Shown: positions 10,957 through 23,018 of the stretch, piece after piece
Layout of the letters: each line of letters starts with the position of its first letter
Position numbering within the stretch: the first letter of the stretch is position 1
Source: Lepidodermella squamata
Taxonomy: Eukaryota; Animalia; Gastrotricha
Length of the DNA stretch: 64,000 nucleotides
Direction: 5' to 3'
Assembly: GCA_047495785.1 (NCBI GenBank)
Contig: JBLDXI010000020.1
Location: forward strand, 2,666,001-2,730,000
The notes under the pieces: model-generated
What the model was told of the DNA's origin: nothing
What the model saw: the letters and a program-made list of their open reading frames with translations, nothing else
The model's database searches: none
Made by a program: the position numbers and the translations under genes

Positions 10957-13659
10957 CTATCTGTCTCGTCTACTAGCTCCAGAAACTGAGCTCCTTTGAT
11001 CATCGTCAAGCCCTTCATCGGCCCAGACTGCCCAAAAAAGATCAATGACCTGTCCAGATTTCTTGAAAATAAAGATGATATAAGCCACATTCATTGAGAT
11101 GATGAAATTTGAATTTACCCCGACTTTAATTTGTCCCCTCGCCTTGAAATCAATCTCGTCGGCGATTGACAGTCGATGGCGGACAGCTGCTGATACGTGG
11201 GTCTTCTTCCCGAGACCAGTGGCGTGAATCAGAGCAGCAGTATGCATTGCCTCGCCAAAAATGGCCATTTGAGGGACCCGCAGTTGGAGCACGCGGGCGA
11301 AGCAAGCCCCAACGTGAATGCCAATGCGCACGTGGAAGGACTTGTTTGCGCTTTCGTCGCCGTTAACGTCGATTTCTGTAGCGAAAATCTCCTGGAACTC
11401 CAAAGCGAGGTAAACAACCTCGGCGACGTGGCTGACAGTTCTTCGTTCGCCAACACCGGCCGCAAGACCGAATCCGTCACCTTATGAGAAAGAATGGAGA
11501 GTCATTTCACTTCAACTCAATTAGAAAAATCTAACCGAAGATTTCGATTTTGCATATGTTGAACTTCATGAGACGCGATTCAATGGTTTCGTTGAACAAC
11601 GCAAGCATTTCCATAAACTCAGCGCTGTCTAGCTCCGCCATTAAATCATGAATATTTGTTATGTCCATCAACATGACGCAGGTGTCTGAGGATGAAAAAG
11701 TTTTGTTTCGCTGCATTCTTTTCAGAAATGTTTACCAATGCAATGAACCGGCGCTCCTACGTTTCCTCTCCGGATAGAATTTATCATGGATCGCGGTACG
11801 CAATCGTACATCAGCGTGAATGACTGGGTTGTTGTTAACGTGATACATAAATGTGAATTTTAAGAAAATGCTGGCGGTTATACCTTAGCTAGTTGTTCCA
11901 CGGTTTGGTAGGACCGAATGATTTGTCCCTGTATTCTCCAAGTTACCAGAACGTGGGCCCCTATTGCGAGGATGGCGATCGCTGCGGAAAATGCGAACAA
12001 AACTGCAGCTGAAAATATTGAAAAATATGTATAAAATTGTTTCCGCAAAAATGTCACTTACAGACTACTGCCTCGTCACCCCAAACCTTGGCCGCATAAC
12101 TTAGCGCCTTCTCAACCTGAGGAGTGAGAGTTGAGATAATCCAATTGATACTCGAATCCTGCGCCTGCATCACAGTGTTCCACACGTCCGAGGGTATTGT
12201 AATAAAATCTTGGATCAGAACCTGCGATAGACAGCGAATGATCCGGATGCGTTATTTTGAGTATAAATAGTGCTATACATATCGATGCCACTGCTCCACA
12301 TTTTTCATGTTATCTGAATCGGTAAGGTTTTTAATTTTCTGATATCCCTCGTCACTGGTTACTGTAACAATTCGCATGAACTCGCCGTATCTCATGTAGA
12401 AATTCAGCATATTCTGAAGGTAAAAATAATTATTATTAATAGTTTAAAATGATAGTCTTACTTGATAAATCAAGTCGTTTATTTCCACAGTTCTGTCTGT
12501 AAAAGAGGATTTGGAGGCTTTGTGGGGATTGAGGGGGTCTCTTACTTTCTGCCACAAGTTTTCGGCCGACTAGAGCGTATTTCTTGAAATTAATGTACTG
12601 AAAACATTGTGTCACCGTTTCAGAATTATGTCATGGTAAAAGATCAACAAACCGTTTGGAAACAGTAGAAAGTTGTGAGTAGCTCTCGCCAGCCAGGGAA
12701 TCGAGCTGAACGAATAGTGCTGGTTCTTACCAAGGCTGCTAAATTGTCGACTATTCCCGAATAGTAGATAATGGCATCTTCTTCCGAAGTCCCGTTAGGA
12801 GCCTTTCTCATATCTCGGTTTGCCTTCAAAGATGCGCGTAAAACGACTGCTGAAGTCAAATTCACCCGTTGCGCACTGGGCAAAGCTGACAGATCATTGG
12901 GCCAGCGACTTATCATCAACAATTTCTGTTTTCAGAGGATTTATTACTCCTTAGGGAAAATTCAGCTTCAGCTGATCATACCGAGTCAACATTCCGCATC
13001 GGTATTTGAGCCTGTGGTTGATAGCCTTGATAGAATCATCATCAAATTTCATCCATTCAAGGTTACCTTCTGCAGGAATGTTTCGTAAGGACCTCTGTTG
13101 AATCTGCAAGCAAACTCAATGAGTCGATATTAGTGAATAATCTCAGTTTTTACTCGTAGAACGGTTCCATCTCCAAGCTCATGAGGATGATGATATCGAA
13201 CAATTCGAAGATGATGCTGTTGAGGTCCTTGAAATGATTCCGAATTGAAAACATGTTGCGGAGATTCGATTAATTATCTCACCTCCAACTGCCGAGAACG
13301 TTCAATTCTCAACGTAGAAACTTGCGCATCCGTGTAAACTTGAACCATGATACCAGTAGTTGACAGAACAGCAAAAAACACAATCTATTTTCAGCCAGCA
13401 CAAATGAATTAGAGCAGATTTTTAACACTTCCCTGAGTATTACCAGGCCAATCTGTCCGTATCGGCCGATTTTGTGCTTCGGGTTGAACTGCAGCTTTTC
13501 TTGTATCCAGCCGATAGTGTAATAGAAAGGACTATCAGCGAACGTCAAGTGGGCCATAGTGTCATCGATGATGATAGTCGGCGTAGTGACACTTCCATCG
13601 TCGCCATAAGATATCTGATATCCTTCTCCCCCGACCGGAGTTACCCTTGAGCCTGGCAT
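10957..13659 (-). CDS. Membrane guanylyl cyclase-like protein, TM-NIT-like-TM-coiled coil-cyclase (copy 1), about 15 exons, catalytically degenerate
   Basis: Cyclase motifs VMLMDI, KIEIF|GDGF, VRIGIHVG, PQMAIFGEAMHTAALIHATG, RGQIKVG|KSGQVIDLFW. The region between the two TM helices has NIT-like features (ISRWP, DAIIYYSGIVDNL, GWRELLTTF, WNTVM..QDSSI). Confidence 0.82.
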
Positions 13660-15189
13660 GTTTCAACTTTAGGATAATGTTAGACTGCGAATAAAATTGC
13701 CGTCTCAGCAGATAGGTTATATATCCAAGCACGGACCTGAGGTCGCTTTTATAAGTCGGCTGAATACAAATCATCCATTATTCATTAGTAAATGAGGTAA
13801 TTATCCACAGAGAAAAATAAGCTTGCCATCAATATTTGTAGGTCACGATAAATTAATTAAAGCCTCAGTTTCGGACTGCCTTGACCAATTGCTGCTTTTA
13901 ATGCTAATTATGCACTGTCTCATCTTTCGCTATACCTGGATTCGGAGCTTATTCGATTCTTGATTAATTCGAGGCCAGTTGAAATTTCTGCACGGAGTGG
14001 CAGTGCTTATTGCATTCTTGTACTCGGCCCGTCCAAATCGCGACTCGGTCGCGAACCATCGTAATCAAAATTGGATCGCGATTAGTCTACGAAGTGCTCG
14101 AGAAATCGAATCGAATCGCACTCTACTTAACCATTTTCAAATTTACTCAGGTTTTCGGTGGTTGTTGCCTAGAAGCCTGACCACCAACGGGCGCAGATGG
14201 AGCGTTGATTATGCTATCACAGGAAACCCTGCGCTAACCTGCCCGTTACAACCCTGCATGGCGGAGATATTGATACGCTGAATTTGATGCGGCTACCAAA
14301 GATTCATTTCTTAACAACTTCCTACACTCTCCACTTCTTCCAAGTTTAAAAAGCTTTGGTTAAAGGTCCTTTACCACGTTATTTTTCAAGTTTCAAGAAA
14401 ATAGGATTCAGGTTTGTTTGTAGTCGAATCCCAGATCCAACCAATCCTTAATTAAAAATCGAGCAGAATTTAGGCAGGCATACATTCGGGCAGCATTCCG
14501 ACCCAAAAATCACCAGAATAAGCGTAAATCACTGAAATAGATCCGTAAAACTGGGCAGCATTTAGTCCACGATTCGTATAATTCTCACAAATCTGGAAAT
14601 GGTAGCGAACAGAATTGCAACGAGCTCCCTGAAATGGGGCCATTGTCATAACAGCGAGAGAATTGGGGTGGAATTCAGATATATTGTCTCAGATCTGCTT
14701 CTTTTGAATCCAAACTTACCCCTCGCCTTGACACGCTTGAGGGTGAAGAAGTCAAGCTGTCACGCGCAAGAAATCGACATTAATGAAAACAGGTCACCGA
14801 TTTCTGGGTATTCGATCCATTCGCAGAAAGAATTTTGGTGAATTTGGAGAAGCGGTTTTCAGATTATTGATCAGATTAGTGATCTACGCAACTGCGGCAG
14901 TTTTTCGAACGCATTTTTTCGCAAAACGCTGTTTAATTAAGGCGTATGCGCTTCTAGGGCTTGTCCTGAGCTAACACTATCAAGAATTATCCGCCATGCG
15001 GAAATCACCAAATTCAGGGTGATCCACACAACTTTCAATTTTTCGGATTTTATATTTTCACTTTCATAAAATACATACTTATACTATGAATTGCTACAAT
15101 TTTTTTGCAATTTTTGGTTATGAGGATGGAGTTCCTTTGGTGATAACAAGAAAAAAACCGCGACCCGAGGCGATGCACAGGTATGGCCA

Positions 15190-15660
15190 GGTAATTGCGC
15201 CCAAATTGCCCCATGGAAAAGTCATATATGGGGGCGAATTGGTCTATTGGTTTAATTAGTCTATTTAATTATGAGAACCTTTTAAGCGTCCTCCGACTAC
15301 CTAAGACAGTTAGGATGAAAGCCAGGAATATAAAAGAAATTATTTGAACATATTATGAATAAATGATAATAAATTAATAAAAAAAAAGTCAGAAAAAGCA
15401 AATAAAAATGTTTTGCTACCGGGAGTCGCCACAGACATGCGGCGCATCATAACCACTCTACCACCCAACAATCCCACACTGTAATTTTCATCATTCATTT
15501 AAAAAGATTAAGCTGCCCAATTCGCCCCAAATCGCCAGCCCGATTAGCCCCAAACCTGGGGCGAATTGAGATACATGAATTTTCGGAATCAGGACGTGTA
15601 AATATGCAATAAAATCAGGGGGTAATTTTTTTTCACTACCCAACTCGCCCCAAACAGCGG
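15190..15660. repeat. Cluster of short CCCAATTCGCCCC-type motifs in both orientations, probable DNA-transposon subterminal repeats
   Basis: GCCCAAATTGCCCCA (~15199), GGGGCGAATTG (~15231, ~15558), CCCAATTCGCCCCAAA (~15516), CCCAACTCGCCCCAAA (~15639). Confidence 0.4.
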
Positions 15661-16488
15661 TAGAATACGTTGACCAGTATGATGCCAAATTTTAGTCACT
15701 GCAATTCAGTTAGCACATAAGCAATTAGGCTCACCACCAAGCGTTACAAAAACACACCTCTTGCAGCAGCAATTACGCAACGCAAATAATTAGCGCACCG
15801 CATGAAGGGACAAGTGAGCACGAGGCGCGCGCGCGATTTGCAGCATGATTAAATAAATGCGACACGCAACTCAACCAAAGTGAAAAATATTTTTAAAAAG
15901 GTGAAGCACAAATCCCTAAAATCGAAACAAGCTAGTAAACCTGGCGTCCATGTCGCGGGTTGGGCGACAGAACGACTTGCCTAGAATACAGTATGTCCAA
16001 GAAATTCCACCCAAGTATTTTAGCCGCCATTCATTCAGAGGCAATATCTTTCCATCGGAATAATGTCTCTCGTTCACGGAACAAAATATCTACAATTATC
16101 CGAAAGACATTTCGATGCGGAAAATTGTCTAATTTATCGGAAAGTATCTTTTTTTCCGTCGGAACAACGAAGCAATAAAAAGATGGCGGTCAAGTTACAG
16201 CAATGGCTGCAGCCGGCCTATAGTCAAGCATGGCTAATTTAGCCATAGTATCCAAATTTTCAGTTTTTGAAATGCCACAGTGCCCTCCGTTTTAAATTTA
16301 ATTTAATTGGATGAAACTTGGGGAACTAGTATTACATTTAAACACGGGGAATCTTTTGATATTAATCGCCCTTATCGGATACCACATATGGCTGATCCAG
16401 CGTGCGAAGTAGGATCCTCGAACCAGGGGGTATTTTCAGGCCTAAATTTTACCACCAAAGGGTCCCCCGTGTGGTTTTTTCGGGTGTG

Positions 16489-16833
16489 ACTTTTTTCATC
16501 CGACCAATGTCTTTTTTTATCCGACCAATGTCTTATTTCATCCGACAGCCAAAAATGTGACTAAAATCATCCGACATGAAAATATCGATTTTCTCGATTT
16601 TCCCAAGTTCGATTTTTCCGTAGGGGCAGACCCCTTTCATGCACCCTATTTTGGCCCCTGAACCGGCGGAATTTTATGGTGAAAGTTTCATCGCGATCTG
16701 AGTTGTCACTTTTTTACTGTGATTTTTTGAAAATATGAAAAAGCAAGTCGGCTGGTTTTAGTCACATTTTTGGCTGTCGGATGAAATAAGACATTGGTCG
16801 GATAAAAAAAGACATTGGTCGGATGAAAAAAGT
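16489..16833. mobile_element. MITE/foldback-like element with ~87 bp inverted arms made of ~21 bp TCCGACCAATGTC units
   Basis: 16489-16575 is the near-perfect reverse complement of 16747-16833. No coding capacity. Confidence 0.75.
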
Positions 16834-18068
16834 TTTCCCCGTTTTTTCGGGGGTTTCCCACTTGGGCCTTGCGAACTGGGGTTACGATACCCCTCATTCC
16901 CCAGCGTACTTCGCGCCCTGGGCTGATCAGTCGCTTACGACCCGAGCTTTAGATCTTCTTGTACTCACAAGTTTTTTGACAACATTTGACTACCTGATGT
17001 TTGATAGTCATTCGAAAGAGCACCTTCAAACATCAAATTAGCTAAAGATAGTTCGTGTTTATTAATTTATCGCCTTTTACGCGTGAAATGTGGGTAAATG
17101 TGGGTAAGGGTGAATGTGGGATCTTGGTTTCAATTTTTTCATTTTCCGTCGCTTAAAAGACATTTTCAGAGGATATTCAGCAGCTTTGATGGAAAGTTCG
17201 CGACTTTGCTTGAGGTTGTGCAGCTGGTGACGTGGAAGGCTGATGTGACCCATTCCGCCGTTATAAAGACATTTTCCTACCGAGCGAGGAAAAACTCCTG
17301 TCGCATGCGTTGGCTTAGGCCCACGAGCTAAGATTAGTCGCCATCGATCTGCGGCATCATTCCTTTCCTCCAGCGGTTAGAAAAATGTTTCAAGCCCGGT
17401 CGTCGCCGAAGATTGGTTGGAGCTTTGGAGTATGAGAAATCGAACAGGCAGGGACAACTAGGTCTGTTGAGTAACCTGAGTTCGGCGGAAAAGGCAGCTG
17501 TATTCGAGGAGGTAGTTGTGGGTTACAAGTAATACAAGATGCGAAGCGCGGGTGGTGTCAAAATCGCGGCGGATGACCTATTGTTCCTATTGGTCGTGTG
17601 ACCCGAAGCTAAGTTTCCAGTTATCGAAGCTGAAGATTAGGCAGTGAAAGCTGCGCCCCTGTTCGTGGTGACAAGAGGCGTGGTTCATTGTTCCATCATC
17701 GAAAAGACATTATTCGAGGAGAAAGATATTGAGAGTGGAAAATAAGTAATTTCGCATGAAAAGAGATATTTTTTTATTCCGATAGAATCAGGATATCAAT
17801 TTTCACGCGAATGAGTTGAATGTGGAAATAATAAACAAAAATGCGCTTAATCAAATTCAATTTCGAAAATTTGATTGACGGGCGGAAAATGTGGCTGTAA
17901 ATGTGGCCTGGCCGGGTACCGTGGTTCTAGAATTTCTCACCAAAGGCCTCATAGTTAGCCCGTGGACAATTCTGTATGAAATTTCCGTATTTTACGAATT
18001 ATCAGGCGGGACCGAAAAATAGGGCAGAGCCGGAATAAAGGGCAGAGCGTAATGGCCATCCTATTATT

Positions 18069-18120
18069 TACTTGGTAGGCAAAAGAGCAAAACTTTCAAG
18101 CACGCAGTAATTTATGGTCT
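18069..18120 (+). pseudogene. 3' remnant of ankyrin gene copy A marking the left edge of the tandem duplication
   Basis: TACTTGGTAGGCAAAAGAGCAAAACTTTCAAGCACGCAGTAATTTATGG matches 10716-10765 (YLEGKGAKLSSTK*). Confidence 0.8.
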
Positions 18121-18236
18121 AATAGCACTCATTGACAACATCATTTCAAAGGATAACACAGGAAGAAAAATAATTGACACATTTTTAAGTTGCATTTGGG
18201 TTAAAAATTGAAGTATTTTTGCGGCTCGATCTTCTT

Positions 18237-20948
18237 CTATCTGTCTCGTCTACTAGCTCCAGAAACTGAGCTCCTTTGATCATCGTCAAGCCCTTCATCA
18301 GCCCATACTGCCCAGAAAAGATCAATGACCTGTCCAGATTTCTTGAAAATAAAGATGATATAAGCCACATTCACTGAGATGATGAAATTTGAATTTACTC
18401 CGACTTTAATTTGTCCCCTCGCCTTGAAATCGATCTCGTCAGCGATTGACAGTCGATGGCGGACAGCTGCTGATACGTGGGTCTTCTTCCCAAGACCAGT
18501 GGCGTGAATCAGAGCTGCGATGTGCATTGCCTCGCCGAAAATGGCCATTTGAGGGACCCGAAGGTTTAGCACGCGGGCGAAGCAAGATCCAACATGTATG
18601 CCAATGCGCACGTGGAAGGACTTGTTCGCGCTTGCGTCGCCGTTGACGTCGATTTCTGTCGCGAAAATCTCCTGGAACTCCAACGCGAGGTAAACAACCT
18701 CGGCGACGTGGCTGACAGTTCTTCGTTCGCCAACACCGGCCGCAAGACCGAATCCGTCACCTTATGAGAAAGAGTGAAGACTTGTTTCATTAAATCCATC
18801 AGAAATAAACTTACCGAAGATTTCAATTTTGCATATGTTGAACTTCATGAGACGCGATTCAATGGTTTCGTTGAACAACGCAAGCATTTCCATAAACTCG
18901 GCGCTATCTAGCTCCGCCATTAAATCATGAATATTGGTTACGTCCATCAACATGACGCAAGTATCTGAAGGGAATAGTCAAATTTGCGTTTATCTTGATA
19001 GGAATTAGGAATTAGATTGATCTCACCGATGCAATGTATGGGCGCTCCTATATTGCCCCTTCTGATTGTATTTATCATTGAGCGTGGCACGCAGTCGTAC
19101 ATCAGCGTGAATGACTATTGACATGACTCGGTAATATTGAAATTAGTTCCGTTTTCTATATTAATACCTTTGCTAGCTGTTCCACTGTGCCGTAAGAGTT
19201 GATTATTTGCCCCTGTATTCTCCAAGTTACCAAAACATGGGCGCCTATCGCTAGAATCGCTATTGTTGCGGAAAAGGCGAACAAAATGGCCGCTGAAATG
19301 GGGCAATATTTCAATCAAAATGAGCGGCTGTGGAACTTCCACTCACAGACAACAGCTTGGTCACTCCAAACTTTTGAAGCATAGGTTAACGCTCTAGCAA
19401 CACGTGGGGTTAACGTTGAAATAATCCAATTTATGCTGGAATCTTGTGCCACCATAACAGCACTCCATTCTTCTCCACTCATCGACGTGAAGTCTTGATT
19501 CAGAACCTGTTGGTTATTGAGAGAAACACAAAATAATTGCATTTCAAGCTAAAAGCTCGTGCTTTACATATCGATGCATCTGCTCCACATTTTTCATGTT
19601 ATCCGAATCGGTCAGGTTTTTGATTTTCTGATATCCCTCGTCACTGGTTACTGTGACGATTCGCATGAACTCGCCGTATCTCATGTAGTAATTCAGCATA
19701 TTCTGGAAGAAAAATGTTGACAACAATCCACCACAATCGATAATCTTACTTGATAAATCAGATCGTTTATTTCCACACTTCTATCTGTAAAAGCATAACA
19801 ACGGAGGCTTAGCGGTGATTGGATGTGAGCCACTTACTCTCTGCTGCCAGCTTTCGGCCGACAAGAGAATATTTCTTGAAGTTTATGTACTGAAAGCATG
19901 GTAAATGTTATTGGTATGGTTGAAGGCAATAGCATAAACGAACTGTTTGAAAACAGAAGAATGTCGTAAGCAGCTCTCGCCAGCCAGGGAATCGAGCTGA
20001 ACGAACCGTGCTGGTTCTTACCAAGGCTGCTAAATTGTCAACTATTCCCGAATAGTAGATAATGGCATCTTCTTCCGAAGTCCCGTTAGGAGCCTTTCTC
20101 ATATCTCGATTTGCCTTCAACGATGCGCGTAGAACAACTGCCGATGTTAAATTCACCCGTTGTGCGCTGGGCAAAGCCGACAGATCATTGGGCCAGCGAC
20201 TTATCATCAACAATTTCTGTTTTCATTCGGAATATTTTTCATTCGGGATTTAATTCAGCTAATCAAACCGAGTCAACATTTCTCATCGGGATTTGAGCCT
20301 GTGGTTGATAGCCTTGATAGAATCATTAATACTAAATTTCATCCATTTATGGTTACCTTCTGCAGGAAAGTTTCGTATGGACCTCTGTTGAATCTATAAG
20401 CAAACTCAATGAGTCGATATTAGTGAATAACTTCAGTTTTTACTCGTAGAAAGGTTCCATCTCCAAGCTCATGAGGATTATGATATCGAACAATTCGAAG
20501 ATGATGCTGTTTAGGTCCTTGAAATGATTTCCGAATTAAAAAAACATGACGAAGCTTAGATTTGTTATATCTCACCTCCAACTGTTGTGAACGTTCGATT
20601 CGCAACGTAGAAACTTGCGCATCTGTGTAAACTTGAACCATAACACCAGTCGTCGACAGAATAGCAAAAAACAGTATCTGATTTTAGCACGCAGGAATTA
20701 ATGATTGCGACATTTCAGCATTTCAATATTACCAAGCCAATCTGAGCGTATCGACCAACTTTCCGTTTTGGATTGAATTGCAGCTTTTCTTGTATCCAAC
20801 CGATAGTGTAATAGAAAGGACTCTCAGCGAACGTCAAGCGGGACATAGTGTCATCGATGATGATAGTGGGAGTAGTGACACTTCCATCGTCACTATATGA
20901 TATCTGATATCCTTCTCCTCCGATCGGTGTTACCCTTGACCCTGGCAT
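18237..20948 (-). CDS. Membrane guanylyl cyclase-like NIT-domain protein (copy 2, tandem paralog)
   Basis: Same exon structure as 10957-13659, with near-identical ORFs (MPGSRVTP..., EDAIIYYSGIVDNL, VRIGIHVG...MAIFGEAMHIAALIHATG). Differences I checked are mostly synonymous or conservative. Confidence 0.82.
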
Positions 20949-21768
20949 GTTTCGAGCAAAAACTTTTAAAGACTGCGAAATGAAAATGTGCAAAAGCGAT
21001 CTCAGGGGAGGGATTATATAGCCATGTTCGGACCTGAGGTCGTTTTTTAAGCCCGGTAATTAATTCGGCTTAATAAAAATGATTTACTATTCATTAGTAA
21101 ATGAGCTAGGAGCTAGTTATCCACGAAGAAAATTAACCTTGTCGCCGATATTATTGTAGCCGGTGATTGACTATAAAGCCTCAGATTCGAATCGCTCTGA
21201 CCAATTACTGCCCTTTTAATGCTAATTGGGCCGGGCCCATCCTATCTTTCGCAATACCTGCATGCGGCGCTTATTTCATTTGTAATTAATTCGTGTGATC
21301 CGTGGTCATTTTTGCACGGAATAGCAGTGCTTATACGGAGAGCTTTGCATTTTTCGATATTGATCCGTTTCTTGTCCGCTTCTAGAATCTGAGGTTAAGC
21401 CAGATCTTCTGGGAAACACAAAACAACTGGGGTATCTCAACTGCAGGAATAAACAACTATCAAAATAAAGGATCAACATGCTTTGATCACTTGATTGGAT
21501 CCGCTACGCAGTAAGAAAATATCGCCAAGCGCTCATTTGAATTCATAAAAGGGGTGAGACAAGAGATTGAGTCTTGAGGTAAACATATTATTGTACTGAT
21601 TTCAAGACTTATTCTGGGAAGAAAAAGGAATTTTATTGCTAAATATTCATCATCGCATAATTTTAAAGCTTATGAGAAATGTCCTGTAGCGATGAGCTAC
21701 GACAACACCGGTAATGTTTTCAGGTATAAAAAAATTCTAGCAAAAATCTGCAAGCTTGCCAATGACCA

Positions 21769-22332
21769 TTATTTGCCTGTTGGGACTCTTGCTCCTTTGG
21801 AGACGAGGAAGTTGACGACGTTCATATAATTTGCAAAGTAAGCTGCGCCTAAAGCTGTCGAGCCGTCTTTAGATTTCGCTTCGATATTGGCTCCACGAGT
21901 TATCAGCAGCGCAACAGTATCTTTCATCCCTGCGAATGCTGCATTCATGAGTGGAGTTGATCCTGCTTTATCACCCGCTTCGATTTTAGCATTCCTATCA
22001 AGCAGTAGGGCCACCGTATCAGTGCGGCCCATGAATGCCGCATTGTGCAGTGGGGTATTCATGTTAAGGTCACGTGACTCGATGTTTGCACCTTTGTCGA
22101 GCAGCATCGCAATAATTTCGACATTTCCAGCTGCTGCAGCGGCATGCAAGGCTGTGTTGCCTTCCTCAGAACGACTTTCGACATTAATGCCATCGCCGAG
22201 CATCCTTGAAACACCTTCCGTGTCATTGTGATAAGCAGCTCCGACAAATTCGTCCTCCTTAGTAGCGGAGGTAAAGTTTACGAGCAAACATAAGATAGAA
22301 ACAAGAAAGAACGAAAAAGCAAGCCGAGCCAT
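21769..22332 (-). CDS. Intronless ankyrin-repeat protein with signal peptide (copy B)
   Basis: MARLAFSFFLVSILCLLVNFTSA-TKEDEFVGAAYHNDTE, then GNTALHAAA, MNTPLHNAA, GSTPLMNAA, GSTALGAAY. Colinear with copy A. Confidence 0.92.
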   Translation of the reverse strand: MARLAFSFFLVSILCLLVNFTSATKEDEFVGAAYHNDTEGVSRMLGDGINVESRSEEGNTALHAAAAAGNVEIIAMLLDKGANIESRDLNMNTPLHNAAFMGRTDTVALLLDRNAKIEAGDKAGSTPLMNAAFAGMKDTVALLITRGANIEAKSKDGSTALGAAYFANYMNVVNFLVSKGARVPTGK

Positions 22333-23018
22333 TTTACGTACAGCAATTCTAGGTTTTGAGAAGAAATGAAAAGTGCTAGTCAACCCAGGCGAATTCACAC
22401 AGTTATAAACCCTAAGCCTAATCGGTTTATCTATTGAATATCAACTGTTTACGTTCAAGCTCAAGGTAAAACGAGGTGAACACGAATTTTTCAGTGATGT
22501 GGCGTGATCTTTCACCACGTCGTCTTTAATATGTAATCCAGGTAATCCTTTTAGTTTGCCTAATCATTTTTGTATAAAAATAAGGCCGTCTTTAAGCTTT
22601 CTCGGTCGTCGCTATTTTAGCCAAAATGACCTCATAAATCAGTACATTTTCAGATGAAAAAAGGAATCGAGGGTTGAGGATTTCCAAATATTTCAATTTA
22701 ACCCACTTATTGAATAGTCCAAGCGCAGTTTATCCTTCAGTTAAAGCGACTGGGCTTCGACACTCTCCTGTTTCATTTGTCAATTCTGTCGATTCGCCGG
22801 ATCTCTGGCAAACCCTCTTCGCTCTTTCGCTCACAAAAAAGCAGGTATACCTATAAGTCACGCGATACACTATGGAGTAATAGCGTAAAAAGTCGTTTTT
22901 TCATTCCCGTGAGTCAAAATGAGCAATAAAGAATAGGAAACTTGGGAAATTACCTGCGAAAATGTTATAATTTTTCGCCTGCTACTAGCTCACATTTCCT
23001 GATGCGGTTGAGTAAAGA

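Noticed and set aside
13979-14974. ORFs 13979-14281, 14599-14841, 14783-14974
   Set aside because: Short, mostly without convincing starts, no motifs, and within the repeat-rich spacer.
16489-16575. 21 bp repeats as a CRISPR-like array
   Set aside because: Units are contiguous with no unique spacers, form arms of an inverted repeat, and the context is eukaryotic with no cas genes.
10957-20948. Cyclase copies as pseudogenes or a pure assembly duplicate
   Set aside because: The fragmented ORFs are explained by short introns, frames are conserved in both copies, and several introns differ completely. Long-read confirmation is still desirable.
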